Source of the DNA: an uncultured bacterium
GTDB taxonomy: Bacteria; Fidelibacterota; Marinisomatia; SCGC-AAA003-L08; JACNLC01
Length of the DNA stretch: 64,000 nucleotides
Assembly (NCBI GenBank): GCA_964409335.1
Contig: CAYPCW010000007.1
Span: 646 to 64,645, forward strand
Reading direction: 5' to 3'
The number at the start of each line of letters is the position of its first letter. The stretch's first letter is position 1. Position numbers and translations under genes: made by a program. A model generated the notes under the pieces. That model did not search any database and had not been told where the DNA came from. It saw only the letters and a program-made list of their open reading frames with translations. Shown here piece by piece: positions 28,629 to 39,284 of the stretch.

Positions 28629-29816
28629 TTACGATTGAATCTCTTGCAGGGCTTTCTCAATCCGGTCCATCGCCTTCATTAAGTCGCCTTCGGAGGCGGC
28701 ATAAGAATACCGGATATTCTTCTGTGAACCAAAACTTTCACCAGGTACGGATACCACGGTTGTTTTATCCAACAGATATAACGAAAGATCATTGGGGGTC
28801 ATGATTTTTTTGCCCCCGGTAGTTTTCCCAAAGTAGCTTCTGATATCCGGGAACACGTAAAATGCTCCATATGGAATTTCGCATCGAACACCATCCATGG
28901 CGTTTAAGCGGTCAACCATCAAATCACGCCGGGTCCGGAATTTCTGACGCATCTCACCGACAGCGGACTGATCACCGGTCAATGCTTCGATCGCTGCGAA
29001 TTGGGCAATGGAGTTAGGACAGGATGTGCTCTGTCCCTGTAATTTTCCCATGGCTTTTATAACCCGGGCGTCGCCTGCAGTATAACCGATTCGCCAACCG
29101 GTCATGGCATAGGTTTTCGAGCAGCTCTGAAATGTTAAAATTCTGGTATCGGATGGTGAAAAGGTGGCGATACTTTTAAAGGGGACTTCATACGTTAATT
29201 GCTCGTAACATTCGTCGGATAACACCCACAGATCATGTTTATTGGCGATCGCAAGGGTTTTTCGGATGGCTTCATCGCTCCACACTCCCCCAGTGGGATT
29301 GGATGGAGAATTAATGATCATTCCCTTGGTGCGGGGAGTGATCTTCTCCTTAAGTTCTTCGAAAACCGGCTCGTATTGTCTGGCTGAATCTGTGGAAACA
29401 AAAACCGGCTTCGCACCGGTTACCGAAACAAAATCAGGAAAAGAAACCCAGTACGGTGTAAAGACGATCACTTCATCGCCGGTTTGAAACAACGCCATAC
29501 TGGCATTAAACAGGGAGTGCTTACCACCGCAGGAGATTAGAATTTCGTCCGGTGTGAAGACAAGCTGATTATCCCGGTTCAATTTCATGCACACCGCTTC
29601 GCGTAGGGGTAACATTCCTGACCCATGGGTATAACGGGTATATCCGTTTTGTATGGCTTTTATCCCTGCATTTCGGATATTTTCGGGGGTTGGAAAATCC
29701 GGTTCACCCACACTCAGGTTGATTACATCCAGCCCTTTGGCTTTCAGCTCTGCAGCTTTCGCAGTCATCGCCAGAGTGGCTGAAGGTTGAATTCGTCCGA
29801 TTCGATCTGTAAACAT
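28629..29816 (-). CDS. aspC: PLP-dependent aspartate/aromatic aminotransferase (class I)
   Basis: NLSVGEPDFPTP and the PLP-lysine motif SCSKTYAMTGWRIGY. Confidence 0.9.
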   Translation of the reverse strand: MFTDRIGRIQPSATLAMTAKAAELKAKGLDVINLSVGEPDFPTPENIRNAGIKAIQNGYTRYTHGSGMLPLREAVCMKLNRDNQLVFTPDEILISCGGKHSLFNASMALFQTGDEVIVFTPYWVSFPDFVSVTGAKPVFVSTDSARQYEPVFEELKEKITPRTKGMIINSPSNPTGGVWSDEAIRKTLAIANKHDLWVLSDECYEQLTYEVPFKSIATFSPSDTRILTFQSCSKTYAMTGWRIGYTAGDARVIKAMGKLQGQSTSCPNSIAQFAAIEALTGDQSAVGEMRQKFRTRRDLMVDRLNAMDGVRCEIPYGAFYVFPDIRSYFGKTTGGKKIMTPNDLSLYLLDKTTVVSVPGESFGSQKNIRYSYAASEGDLMKAMDRIEKALQEIQS

Positions 29817-29843
29817 GAACGTAATACTCGTTAAAACAAGAGG

Positions 29844-30602
29844 TTATTCGAAATGATCCTGATCACCGCTGTTGCTTTCATCATCAATATTCCCCAGATG
29901 GTTGGAACGAGGTCTGTACTTCCATTTGATTACGGTGCCCAAACCTTTGGTAATATTGTTCCCCAATCCGAGATAATTCGGCAGGTCGATATTTGTTGTG
30001 AAATAGCCTTTAAAAGAACCCAATTTACTATATGGAACGATCTTTGGGGTAAGAGAACTGGCACGAAACCGAACCTGGATCGGCTCGATGGATTCTGCAC
30101 CAAGGTCTTTTAAAATGAATTCGAGATTTTTTTCCAGGATAGCGCTTAGAAATTTCCGTCTTTCATCGGTAAACATAGGTTCATACCGGTATATTTGTAC
30201 TTCATTCAGTGCAACCCAGGGGGTAATGAATTTATATTTATGATATTTCCCAGGTGTCGTACAAAACGGGTCAGGAAAGTTATCCTCATCACTGGATGTA
30301 AAGATAATTTCCTTTCCATTGATCTTGAGGGTTTCCAATTGCCGGGCAAGGGCAATGGTTGGGAACATGCCCTCATTAACAGCAAAAAAACACAGTTGCC
30401 CGCGTAGTATTTTAACCTGAATTCTGGGATAGGCAAGTGTTCCGCGCATGTCGCCATTGATAAAGGATATAAATTTTTCATTGGGGAATGATTTGATGAT
30501 CGCTCCTTTAATCACAAATGGGGTTGCCAGAACGGGTTCATCACTTCGACACCGAATAAAAACGGCGCCGGGTGAATCAAATTGTTTTACTTCATGTATC
30601 AT
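29844..30602 (-). CDS. Cas6-like RAMP-superfamily protein (orphan)
   Basis: C-terminal glycine-rich loop YLGLGNNITKGLGTV fits the Cas6/RAMP G-h-G-x5-G-h-G-x-V pattern (compare P. furiosus Cas6 GFGEKNSLGFGMV). The order of other segments also parallels Cas6: YKFITPWVAL, then FLSAILEKNLEFILKDLG, then the beta hairpin before the G-loop. No HMM was run. Confidence 0.5.
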   Translation of the reverse strand: MIHEVKQFDSPGAVFIRCRSDEPVLATPFVIKGAIIKSFPNEKFISFINGDMRGTLAYPRIQVKILRGQLCFFAVNEGMFPTIALARQLETLKINGKEIIFTSSDEDNFPDPFCTTPGKYHKYKFITPWVALNEVQIYRYEPMFTDERRKFLSAILEKNLEFILKDLGAESIEPIQVRFRASSLTPKIVPYSKLGSFKGYFTTNIDLPNYLGLGNNITKGLGTVIKWKYRPRSNHLGNIDDESNSGDQDHFE

Positions 30603-30651
30603 GGAATGGAATCAGGTATAATAATTTATTAGTGATGGGGGCGGTGCAGAA

Positions 30652-31899
30652 TCAGGTACTCATTGAATCTAAAAACTCACGGTTGTTTTTAGTACGGTTG
30701 AGCTTTTCAAGGAGGAATTCCATCGCTTCTTCATTGGGCATTTCATTCAACAGTTTCCGTAACAGCCAAATCCGGCTTAAATCCTTTTTTCCTGTCAGTT
30801 TTTCTTCACGGCGGGTACCGGATCGGGAAATATTGATCGCGGGGAATATTCTCCGGTCACTGAGTTCCCGGGAAAGTACCAGTTCCATGTTTCCCGTGCC
30901 TTTGAATTCTTCAAATATCACATCATCCATTCGGCTGCCCGTTTCAATAAGTGCAGTGGCGATGATGGTTAAACTTCCTCCGCCTTCTACATTCCTGGCG
31001 GCGCCAAAAAATCGTTTGGGTTTGTGCAATGCGTTGGCGTCGACACCCCCGGACAAAATTTTCCCGCTGTGGGGAATCACGGTGTTATGGGCACGGGCAA
31101 GACGGGTTATGGAATCCAGCAGAATAACCACGTCGTTCCCACACTCCACCGATCGCTTCGCTTTTTCAATCACCATGTCAGAAACCGTTACATGCCGTTC
31201 CGCCGGTTCATCAAAAGTGGAAGCTACGACTTCTGCATCCACATTTCGTTCCATGTCCGTGACTTCCTCCGGACGTTCATCGATTAACAGGATGATCAGT
31301 TTGATTTCCGGATGATTTTCGGTGATCGCATTGGCGATCTTTTGCAGAAGAATGGTTTTACCGGTTTTCGGCTGGGCGACGATCAACCCGCGCTGACCTT
31401 TGCCAATGGGGGACATCATATCAATAATGCGGGTTGAATAATCTTTTGTAGACCGTTCAAGTTTAATTTTTTCTTCAGGATAAAGCGGTGTCAGATTATC
31501 GAAGTGAATAATGTTACGGGACTCCTCAGGAGGCAGTTCATTCACCGTCGATACCTTTAACAGGGCAAAAAACCGTTCATTATCCTTTGGCGGGCGGATC
31601 TGCCCGGATACCAGATGACCTTTACGTAATCCGAATTTTTTAATTTGGGAATGAGATACATAAATGTCGTCCGGCCCCGGGAGGTAACTGTAATCGGGGG
31701 ATCGTAGAAATCCGTATCCGTCAGGAAGTATCTCCAGAACTCCGGTTGAAAAAATATTTCCATTGGTCTCCGCCTGAATTTCTAAGATCAGCTTGATCAA
31801 CTCCTGCTTACGCATGCCGGAAAATTCGGTCGCTCCGATATCGTTTGCAAGTTTTTGTAGTTCCTTGACTTTCAGCGCTTGTAGATCGTTAATCTCCAT
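30652..31899 (-). CDS. rho: transcription termination factor Rho
   Basis: N-terminal Rho_N ([14 protein letters not shown]), an OB/CSD-like RNA-binding segment ([14 protein letters not shown]), and Walker [11 protein letters not shown]. Confidence 0.97.
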   Translation of the reverse strand: MEINDLQALKVKELQKLANDIGATEFSGMRKQELIKLILEIQAETNGNIFSTGVLEILPDGYGFLRSPDYSYLPGPDDIYVSHSQIKKFGLRKGHLVSGQIRPPKDNERFFALLKVSTVNELPPEESRNIIHFDNLTPLYPEEKIKLERSTKDYSTRIIDMMSPIGKGQRGLIVAQPKTGKTILLQKIANAITENHPEIKLIILLIDERPEEVTDMERNVDAEVVASTFDEPAERHVTVSDMVIEKAKRSVECGNDVVILLDSITRLARAHNTVIPHSGKILSGGVDANALHKPKRFFGAARNVEGGGSLTIIATALIETGSRMDDVIFEEFKGTGNMELVLSRELSDRRIFPAINISRSGTRREEKLTGKKDLSRIWLLRKLLNEMPNEEAMEFLLEKLNRTKNNREFLDSMST

Positions 31900-31988
31900 C
31901 GCAATCCTTATTTAATATGATTGATTGTTTTCTAAGTATTATGTGTGTGAAAAAAATGATATACCCTGGAGAAATTTTTGGATTGTCC

Positions 31989-33215
31989 TCATGAAAACTT
32001 AATACTGTTTTCTAACGATTGAAAAGATAATTCAAAATTTTTATTTACCGCTGGTCCAAGATAATGACTTCCGAGGATAACCAAACTATCATTGACCGTC
32101 ATTTGTTCCAATACTGTTTGAATAGCTTCATTGGGATCCTTCATGACTTTGAGATGATCAGATGGCCGAAAATATGACATTAACTGAAGGGCGTCCATGG
32201 GTTTTCCGCCGGGCGCCTCCGTGCAAATAACGTCATGAAATTGCCGTTGAAGGTCATCTGCCACATCCCGGATCTCTTTCTTCTCTTGCAGGGAAATGAT
32301 TAAATTTTTGCGCCCGGTGACGGCTATTGATTTCCAGGTACTGATAAAAGTTGCTATCCCGGATGAATTGTGCCCCACATCAAAAATAATGAGGGGTGCC
32401 TGACGGATCATCTGAAAACGCCCATACCAGACTACTGTTTTTAGTCCTGCCCTGATGGACGATTCATCCACCGCCAATGGAAGATGGTGAAGCGCTTCAC
32501 ATGCCAGACTGGCGTTTTGTTTTTGGTGCTCGCCGGGAATGCCGATTTCCATATGTGATATCTGAATTGGGTCAGTAAAAGTAATTTTAGAATTTTTTGC
32601 CGCAGCCTGTGTTCTCAGAATTGCTTCAACTTCCGGTAATTGGGGTACGGACACACAAGGAACATCGGGTTTAAAAGCGCCTGCTTTTTCGAAGGCAATT
32701 TTTTCCAGTGTATCACCCAAAATATTCGTATGGTCAAATGATATTGAACTCACCAAAATCACCCAGGGATGACAAACGGAAACACTGTCCAATCGTCCGC
32801 CCAATCCCGTTTCCAGAATAGCGATATCCACGTTTTCATGGACGAAATACCAAAATCCAAGAGCGGTCAGAATCTCGAAAAAAGAAGATCCGATCTCCAG
32901 GATATCCGCCTGATATTTTTCGACAAATTCTTCGATTACCGCCATGGAGACAGGATCGCCGTTTATCCGGATACGCTCATTTACATCTACCAGATGGGGA
33001 GACGTGGATAATCCCACTTTATATCCGGCCGTCTGTAAGATTTTCGCCAGCATGGCAGAGGTAGATCCTTTGCCATTCGTTCCGACAACCTGGACACAGG
33101 ACAAATGGTCCTGAGGATTGCCGCACCGCTCCATGAGGGCAATCGTCTGCTCCAGCCCCAATTTGATTCCCAGATTCTGACGTGAGAATAACCAGGTGAG
33201 CAGATCATTCATCAT
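31989..33215 (-). CDS. folC: bifunctional folylpolyglutamate synthase/dihydrofolate synthase
   Basis: Mur-ligase P-loop VVGTNGKGST. 408 aa. Confidence 0.9.
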   Translation of the reverse strand: MMNDLLTWLFSRQNLGIKLGLEQTIALMERCGNPQDHLSCVQVVGTNGKGSTSAMLAKILQTAGYKVGLSTSPHLVDVNERIRINGDPVSMAVIEEFVEKYQADILEIGSSFFEILTALGFWYFVHENVDIAILETGLGGRLDSVSVCHPWVILVSSISFDHTNILGDTLEKIAFEKAGAFKPDVPCVSVPQLPEVEAILRTQAAAKNSKITFTDPIQISHMEIGIPGEHQKQNASLACEALHHLPLAVDESSIRAGLKTVVWYGRFQMIRQAPLIIFDVGHNSSGIATFISTWKSIAVTGRKNLIISLQEKKEIRDVADDLQRQFHDVICTEAPGGKPMDALQLMSYFRPSDHLKVMKDPNEAIQTVLEQMTVNDSLVILGSHYLGPAVNKNFELSFQSLENSIKFS

Positions 33216-34027
33216 AAAATGGTAACTTGTTGAATATTGGGAAGTTCTCTGCCCAGAAACCGGCTGCCGATCGTATCGAATTGCTGTGGGAAATCAGTGA
33301 CATAATAGTTTTCAAATGGGGAAATCCCCGGATTCCGAAGATCCTTTTTCTCTAAAAAGCGCTTCACGTGATCTGCAACCGCATCACCGGATTCCAATAG
33401 ATTGACGGTATCCTGCAGGATATCCGATAAGGTATGGCGGATCATGGGATAGTGTGTGCAACCAAGGATCAGACTGTCCAGTTGTAATCCTTCAAAAATG
33501 GAGAGATAAATTTTCGCCACGTCCCGTGCGACCGGTGAGTCAGCCCACCCTTCCTCAATCAAGGGGACAAACAACGGGCATGCCTGTTCCACAATCTCAA
33601 GTTCAGAATTCCGTCTTATAAATGCCTGATGATATGCCTTTGAATTGATCGTCGCCCGTGTTCCGATGATGCCGATTGCACCGGACTGATATTCGGAAAT
33701 CGCCTTTTCAACCACCGGTTCAACCACTCCGATGATAGGCACATGGAATTGACGCAATAGTGATTCCATCGCGATGGCAGATGCGGTATTACAGGCAACA
33801 ACAATCAGCTTCACATGCCGGTCAATTAAAAAACGGGTGATCTCCGTAGAATATCTGATCACCGTTTCTGTACTTTTTGTCCCATAAGGAACATGAGCCG
33901 TATCCCCAAAATATATGAATGATTCACCCGGGAGTTTGTGTTGAAGCGCTTTTAGAACGGTCAACCCCCCGAGTCCACTGTCGAACACGCCGATGGGGGC
34001 GTTACCGCATTGGTCATTGGGAATCAA
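33212..34027 (-). CDS. murI: glutamate racemase
   Basis: VFDSGLGGLTV, VVACNTASA and LGCTHYP motifs. A 4-bp overlap with folC. Confidence 0.95.
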   Translation of the reverse strand: MIPNDQCGNAPIGVFDSGLGGLTVLKALQHKLPGESFIYFGDTAHVPYGTKSTETVIRYSTEITRFLIDRHVKLIVVACNTASAIAMESLLRQFHVPIIGVVEPVVEKAISEYQSGAIGIIGTRATINSKAYHQAFIRRNSELEIVEQACPLFVPLIEEGWADSPVARDVAKIYLSIFEGLQLDSLILGCTHYPMIRHTLSDILQDTVNLLESGDAVADHVKRFLEKKDLRNPGISPFENYYVTDFPQQFDTIGSRFLGRELPNIQQVTIL

Positions 34028-35495
34028 TAATGGGACTTTCGTATTTATCTTTGAAAATGACCAATGCGTTAAAAATGGCCTGTGCTATTTTCTTACGATA
34101 ACTGGATTTCCCCAGATTTTTACATTCGGTTTTATTGCTGAGAAATCCAACCTCTATCAGGATATTGGGCATGGATGCCCCGATGAGTACCTGAAATCCG
34201 GCCTGCTTCACCCCCCGGTCATCGGATGAGACCATTTTATTCAGTTCGTTTTGGATGTTGGCTGCCAGAAACTCGCTTTCCTGCATGAAAGCGCTTTGTG
34301 CCATAGTGGCTAAAATGAGATTTTCCTCATTATATCCTGCGAAATCCGGAATGTTCTCTTCCAGGGCGATGACACTATTTTCCCGCGTCGCTACCTCAAT
34401 GGCGTCCGCAGTTTTCCCGGGTCTCAGTAGAAAGGTTTCGAACCCCTTCACCGAAGAAGTTCTCGGTGTAGAATTGGCATGAATACTCACAAACACTTTC
34501 CCGCCGGACTCGTTGGCAATTTTCGTACGTTTCCACAGAGGAATAAATACATCCTCATCTCGTGTATAGACCACCTTAACGCCCATTTCCTTTTCCACTA
34601 TGCTTCCTAATTTTTTAGCGATATCCAGCGTGACGGTTTTCTCCATCAAATTTGAAACACCGATGGTACCGCTGTCTTTTCCGCCGTGACCGGCATCAAT
34701 AACAATGGTATCCAAGAGCCATCGGTTCCGCATCTCTTTAATTTTTTGTGCGTTGTCTGTGATGTTGGTTCGTAAGGAAAGAATGATCTGATTGCCGGTC
34801 TGGTTAATTTCATAATCATCGATCTTATACCGAAGTAAAAAAGATAACTGGCAGGACTGGTCTGATTTCATCGTACGGATTCGAACGATTGGTTCCTGCA
34901 CTTTAGATTCCGTCACCCCTATAGAATCCGGTTTTCCCCCGGGGATGGTAAGATTCATCCAGCCGCCACGGGAAAAGGAGATACCAAATGAACCCGTGTC
35001 AAACGCCTCGCTGGTGTTGATCCTGATCTGGCTGCCGTTCATTTTTTGGCTGAATTCTATGGAGTGGATATTGTATTGGGGGGTAGTGGCAATGATGACC
35101 GATTGAGCGATATCGAGACTGGCATCTGACAAATTTTCAAGATTCATCAAACTTGAAAATGCCCTTGCTGCCACGTAAAATTCCTTGCCGTCGAATTTGA
35201 CCGGATATGGTAACTGATAAACGGTTTCCTCGACTTTGATAAACGAACAGTAAGCTGAAACAACGGTTTTTTTAGATGGAAATCGGAGAATCAGTTTATT
35301 GTTGTGTTCGTAGAATTCCGTTCTAACGGATTGACTCCGGGAAAATTCCGTAAGGGCAATATATTTTTTCCCGTCAATGGTATGTAACGGAGATTCGACT
35401 TCTTCCCCGGTTTGTCCAAATATTCCGTGAAAAATACCAAATAAAATGCCCCACACCAGGAGAGGCATAATTCGTGTTTTCCGTTTATTTTTCAA
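34014..35495 (-). CDS. N-acetylmuramoyl-L-alanine amidase (Amidase_3, AmiC-like) with an N-terminal AMIN-like region
   Basis: IVIDAGHGGKDSGTIG and SIHANS motifs, with a signal peptide. Confidence 0.9.
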   Translation of the reverse strand: MKNKRKTRIMPLLVWGILFGIFHGIFGQTGEEVESPLHTIDGKKYIALTEFSRSQSVRTEFYEHNNKLILRFPSKKTVVSAYCSFIKVEETVYQLPYPVKFDGKEFYVAARAFSSLMNLENLSDASLDIAQSVIIATTPQYNIHSIEFSQKMNGSQIRINTSEAFDTGSFGISFSRGGWMNLTIPGGKPDSIGVTESKVQEPIVRIRTMKSDQSCQLSFLLRYKIDDYEINQTGNQIILSLRTNITDNAQKIKEMRNRWLLDTIVIDAGHGGKDSGTIGVSNLMEKTVTLDIAKKLGSIVEKEMGVKVVYTRDEDVFIPLWKRTKIANESGGKVFVSIHANSTPRTSSVKGFETFLLRPGKTADAIEVATRENSVIALEENIPDFAGYNEENLILATMAQSAFMQESEFLAANIQNELNKMVSSDDRGVKQAGFQVLIGASMPNILIEVGFLSNKTECKNLGKSSYRKKIAQAIFNALVIFKDKYESPIIDSQ

Positions 35496-35515
35496 AATTT
35501 ATAAGGTGTTCAGAT

Positions 35516-37021
35516 TTAAAAGGTTGACTCAAACTGAAACCGAAGGTCATTTGTCATTAAATTAGCGTCGTTTTTCCACATGTATGAATGGCGAAAACTT
35601 ACATTCTTTTGCAGGGTTAATTCATAATTCCATTTTGAAAAAATTTCTATTCCGGATTGAGAATACGACGGGAACCTGAATTCTCCCTGTAACCCGGGAA
35701 TCCAGGCGTACATCCTGCTGTTCCAACTGTCAGTGGAAAAGAATACACAGCCCGATTTGATGGTGAGTTTACTGATATTAATGTCCGGTGAATAAAAGGC
35801 AATAAGCTGCCCGCTTTCATGGAATTCTGTGTCCTGATCTACAGTTAATCGCTGATATTTTAATTTCCAACTGGGAAAGGCAGACGTCCAGGTAAATGAC
35901 ATCTGGGATCGATTCACCGGAGTTTGAACCTTCCGGACCAACCCACTGAATATCAGATCCCGGGTTGTCCGGTGTTGTTTTTCCCGCCATTGCACAGATA
36001 ATTTACCGGAAAATAGCTCCGGCATATCCATTTGGATCATCCAATCACTGCCCCGATCTGCCGGAAATCCCGTGTCGCTATTAAGTTCCCGGTAGATATC
36101 CAGCCAACTGGTGATGAGTATTTTCTTCACACCATAGCGGATGATGCCCATTACCCCTGTTTCATTCCGCCCGCTGTGAAGCAGGGCATAGGGTTCACCA
36201 AATACAGGCGCCCAGTCTGGGGAATAATACCGGTAATGTAAGCCCCATTGAAGAACCTGATCTTCATGTATCACATTGATCACCGCGGATCTGTTTTGCT
36301 GATCAATGGCTGCCTCACCTGAAAATGACAGTACTTCATCATCCCAGTTGATCATCATCGATGCCCATGATGTTACGCCGTCGTCTACTGAGGACCGTTT
36401 TGTAATCATCCCCCCAATCCGGAGGCGACCCATTTCTTTGACAGAAGAATAACTGAAAATTTTATCTTCCCCGGAAACTGAGAATAGCCCGGTGTGTGAC
36501 ATTCCAAAACGCGGTGTCGTACCCGCAACACCGATTACCGGATCTTGAATCACAGCGCCCAAATGGTAATTGATCTTGACTTCGTTCCTGAAAATCGACA
36601 GGGGCTGTGAAGCGGATTTGGCTCTCCCAAACGAATTTCCAAACAATAATCCCTGACCCCATTCCTGTCTTAAGTGTCCCCCATAGAATTGAATTTTGTT
36701 AAACGAGGTTTTGAATGCGTATCGGGTCACCTGCCACTGATCATCTTCAACTGATTTATCCATCCGGTATCCGGCCCCCCAATGACCCGCGTCTAACCAA
36801 TTTCGCTGATGCCAGCGGTCAGCCTGTGAATTGGGGGCGATCCTGAACCGAAAGTGACCGTTATATTTTGCAAATTTTAAAAACTCCATGTCTTCCATCT
36901 GACTTTGGAGTGTACTGATTTCTTCCGGATCAAGTTGTATGCCCTCTTCCTGACCTAATATTGTGGACAGTAAAAATAAAACTGTAGCGCTTATGTATAT
37001 TAATAAGTGAATGATGTGCAT
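35516..37021 (-). CDS. hypothetical outer-membrane beta-barrel protein
   Basis: Signal peptide MHIIHLLIYISATVLFLLSTILG, abundant amphipathic beta-strand pattern, and a C-terminal ...LRFQFESTF (terminal Phe typical of BAM substrates). It is the first gene of the amidase-murI-folC string. Confidence 0.6.
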   Translation of the reverse strand: MHIIHLLIYISATVLFLLSTILGQEEGIQLDPEEISTLQSQMEDMEFLKFAKYNGHFRFRIAPNSQADRWHQRNWLDAGHWGAGYRMDKSVEDDQWQVTRYAFKTSFNKIQFYGGHLRQEWGQGLLFGNSFGRAKSASQPLSIFRNEVKINYHLGAVIQDPVIGVAGTTPRFGMSHTGLFSVSGEDKIFSYSSVKEMGRLRIGGMITKRSSVDDGVTSWASMMINWDDEVLSFSGEAAIDQQNRSAVINVIHEDQVLQWGLHYRYYSPDWAPVFGEPYALLHSGRNETGVMGIIRYGVKKILITSWLDIYRELNSDTGFPADRGSDWMIQMDMPELFSGKLSVQWREKQHRTTRDLIFSGLVRKVQTPVNRSQMSFTWTSAFPSWKLKYQRLTVDQDTEFHESGQLIAFYSPDINISKLTIKSGCVFFSTDSWNSRMYAWIPGLQGEFRFPSYSQSGIEIFSKWNYELTLQKNVSFRHSYMWKNDANLMTNDLRFQFESTF

Positions 37022-37337
37022 TTAATTGATGATTGACATTTAAATTTCCGGATGACCAGAAATGATAAATAGCGATATTTCTCGCATTTCGATTATATAT
37101 AAATGTACGAAGGCGATAGACTATAAGACAAAAAATGTTTAGTGTCAGAACATTTATCTTTTCTTTTTCAAGATGGCTCAAGTATTTTGTGCTTTCACTG
37201 CATATCAAAAAATTATCAGCAATTTTCTATCTTTGTAACATCTGAGGTTCTTATTAAATTGACAGGCTTTTTTCATGGCAGATTATTAGAAATTTGATAA
37301 CAACCTGAATATTTAATTAAAAAAGTAGAAGTAACCT

Positions 37338-39284
37338 ATGTTTAAATCACCCGGATCCCGTTGGATTATAATTGCAGCGGTTATACTGTTTTCCGTGTAC
37401 AAACTATTTCCCAGTTTGCAGTATTATACGATGAGCGAAGAGGCAAAGCAGCAGATGATGCTGGATGATCCAGCAAAACTAACAGAATTGCACAAGCAGG
37501 CAATCAACCTGGGGCTGGACCTTCAGGGTGGGATGCATGTCATTCTTGAAGCGGATATACCGATTCTGGCACAAAATCTTTCCAATGATAAAACCGGTGA
37601 ATTATTGCAGGCCATTAAATCCGCAGAAAGAATATCCATCAAAAATCGAACGGATTTCTTCGATGAAATGGAACTCCTGGCCAATGCCAATGACATCAAG
37701 CTGATCAAATATTACTCTGAATTGGACGGACTGGGTGGGAAATCCAATGCAGATGTGATGGCAGCCCTCCGGGAACAGGGTGATTACGCAATCAACAGTG
37801 TATTGGAAATCATCCGGAACCGTGTGGATGAATTCGGGGTATCCGAGCCAACCATTCAGAAATCCGGCAAGACCCGGATCATTGTTGAGTTAGCCGGTGT
37901 GAAGGATACCGATCGGGCATCCAGCCTGTTACAGCGGACGGCATTATTAGAATTTAAGCTGGTGAAGCCAGGGACTGATCTTCAACCCATACTGGACAAA
38001 ATCGATACCAGCTTGCTCGAAATGGAGGGCATACCGGATGATGCAGTCGTGGATAAGAATAACCCTGTGGATGACATGACTGGATCAGATGTTTCCCCCA
38101 AAGACGACTCCCTTTTAACGACGGACTCAACTGGAACGATAGAAGACCTCTTCGAAGCGCTGGGTACGACAGAGACCCAAACGGATCTGCTCACGACATC
38201 AGCAAATATTTTATCCAAAAACCCATTTTCCGGGTATCTTCGCGGATTTCCTACCGGTTTAGGGATCCTGTCTAGCGAAGTGAATAAATTCAACGTCTTA
38301 TTAAATTCCACTGAAGTCCGAACGCTGTTTCCAAAAGATAGTGAATTATTGTGGGGTAATGAGGACCTTTCTGCTACATTAGAGGATGGACGTTTCGTGA
38401 ATTATCGAAATATTTATCTGGTCAAAAAAGAAGCGGTTCTCACCGGAGGCGTCGTAACGGATGCCAGAGCTGCAACGGGTCCCATCGGGTCCGATGTTTC
38501 AGGGCAACCTGTCGTAAATCTGACGATGAATGCGGAAGGTGCAAAGACCTGGGCTCGGTTTACCGGGGCAAACATACAGAAAAATGTGGCGATCGTTCTG
38601 GATAAAAAAGTGTATATGGCGCCGGTTATCCGGGATCGTATCCCCGGCGGACGAACTCAGATCAGCGGTCTTGATAATATTGAAGAAGCAAAAGACATCG
38701 CGAATGTTCTGCGCGCGGGTAAATTACCCGCTCCTGTAAAAATTCAGGAAGAACGGACCATCGGACCGTCTCTCGGTCGTGATTCCATTATTGCAGGTAC
38801 AAGAGCCATGACGACCGGGTTTATTCTGGTGATTATCTTTATGATTTTCTATTACCGGGGTTCCGGGTTGATCGCAAATTTAGCGCTAATGCTCAATATC
38901 TTTTTCGTCCTCGCTATTCTGGCAATGTTGAACGCCACACTGACGCTGCCGGGAATCGCCGGATTGATTTTGACGATCGGCATGGCGGTGGATGCAAACG
39001 TCATTATTTTTGAGCGTATCCGTGAAGAAATCGACAAGGGTAAAACCGTTAAAGCATCTATCGAAGCCGGATATGAGAAGGCATTCAGCGCTATTTTTGA
39101 TGCGAATATCACGACGCTGATTGCAGCCTTCGTTCTTGCCTGGATCGGGTCCGGACCCATCAAAGGGTTTGCTGTCACACTTAGTGCCGGTATTATTTGC
39201 TCGCTATTTTCTGCCGTATTCATCACGCGATCTGTTTATATGTTGTTCGGAAATAAAAAACCATTAAATGAATTGAGTATTTGA
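37338..39284 (+). CDS. secD: protein translocase subunit SecD
   Basis: 648 aa. INLGLDLQGGMHV, a large periplasmic domain, and 6 C-terminal TM helices. Confidence 0.95.
   Translation: MFKSPGSRWIIIAAVILFSVYKLFPSLQYYTMSEEAKQQMMLDDPAKLTELHKQAINLGLDLQGGMHVILEADIPILAQNLSNDKTGELLQAIKSAERISIKNRTDFFDEMELLANANDIKLIKYYSELDGLGGKSNADVMAALREQGDYAINSVLEIIRNRVDEFGVSEPTIQKSGKTRIIVELAGVKDTDRASSLLQRTALLEFKLVKPGTDLQPILDKIDTSLLEMEGIPDDAVVDKNNPVDDMTGSDVSPKDDSLLTTDSTGTIEDLFEALGTTETQTDLLTTSANILSKNPFSGYLRGFPTGLGILSSEVNKFNVLLNSTEVRTLFPKDSELLWGNEDLSATLEDGRFVNYRNIYLVKKEAVLTGGVVTDARAATGPIGSDVSGQPVVNLTMNAEGAKTWARFTGANIQKNVAIVLDKKVYMAPVIRDRIPGGRTQISGLDNIEEAKDIANVLRAGKLPAPVKIQEERTIGPSLGRDSIIAGTRAMTTGFILVIIFMIFYYRGSGLIANLALMLNIFFVLAILAMLNATLTLPGIAGLILTIGMAVDANVIIFERIREEIDKGKTVKASIEAGYEKAFSAIFDANITTLIAAFVLAWIGSGPIKGFAVTLSAGIICSLFSAVFITRSVYMLFGNKKPLNELSI

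Noticed and set aside
30572-31315. 247-aa plus-strand ORF
   Set aside because: Entirely antisense to the strongly conserved rho gene. Its product is low-complexity and Ser/Arg-rich with no recognisable motif. It is a typical shadow ORF.
28629-31899. CRISPR array or cas genes near the Cas6-like gene
   Set aside because: I looked on both sides, and across the whole window, for 25-40-bp direct repeats with regular spacers. None were found. The neighbours are rho and aspC.
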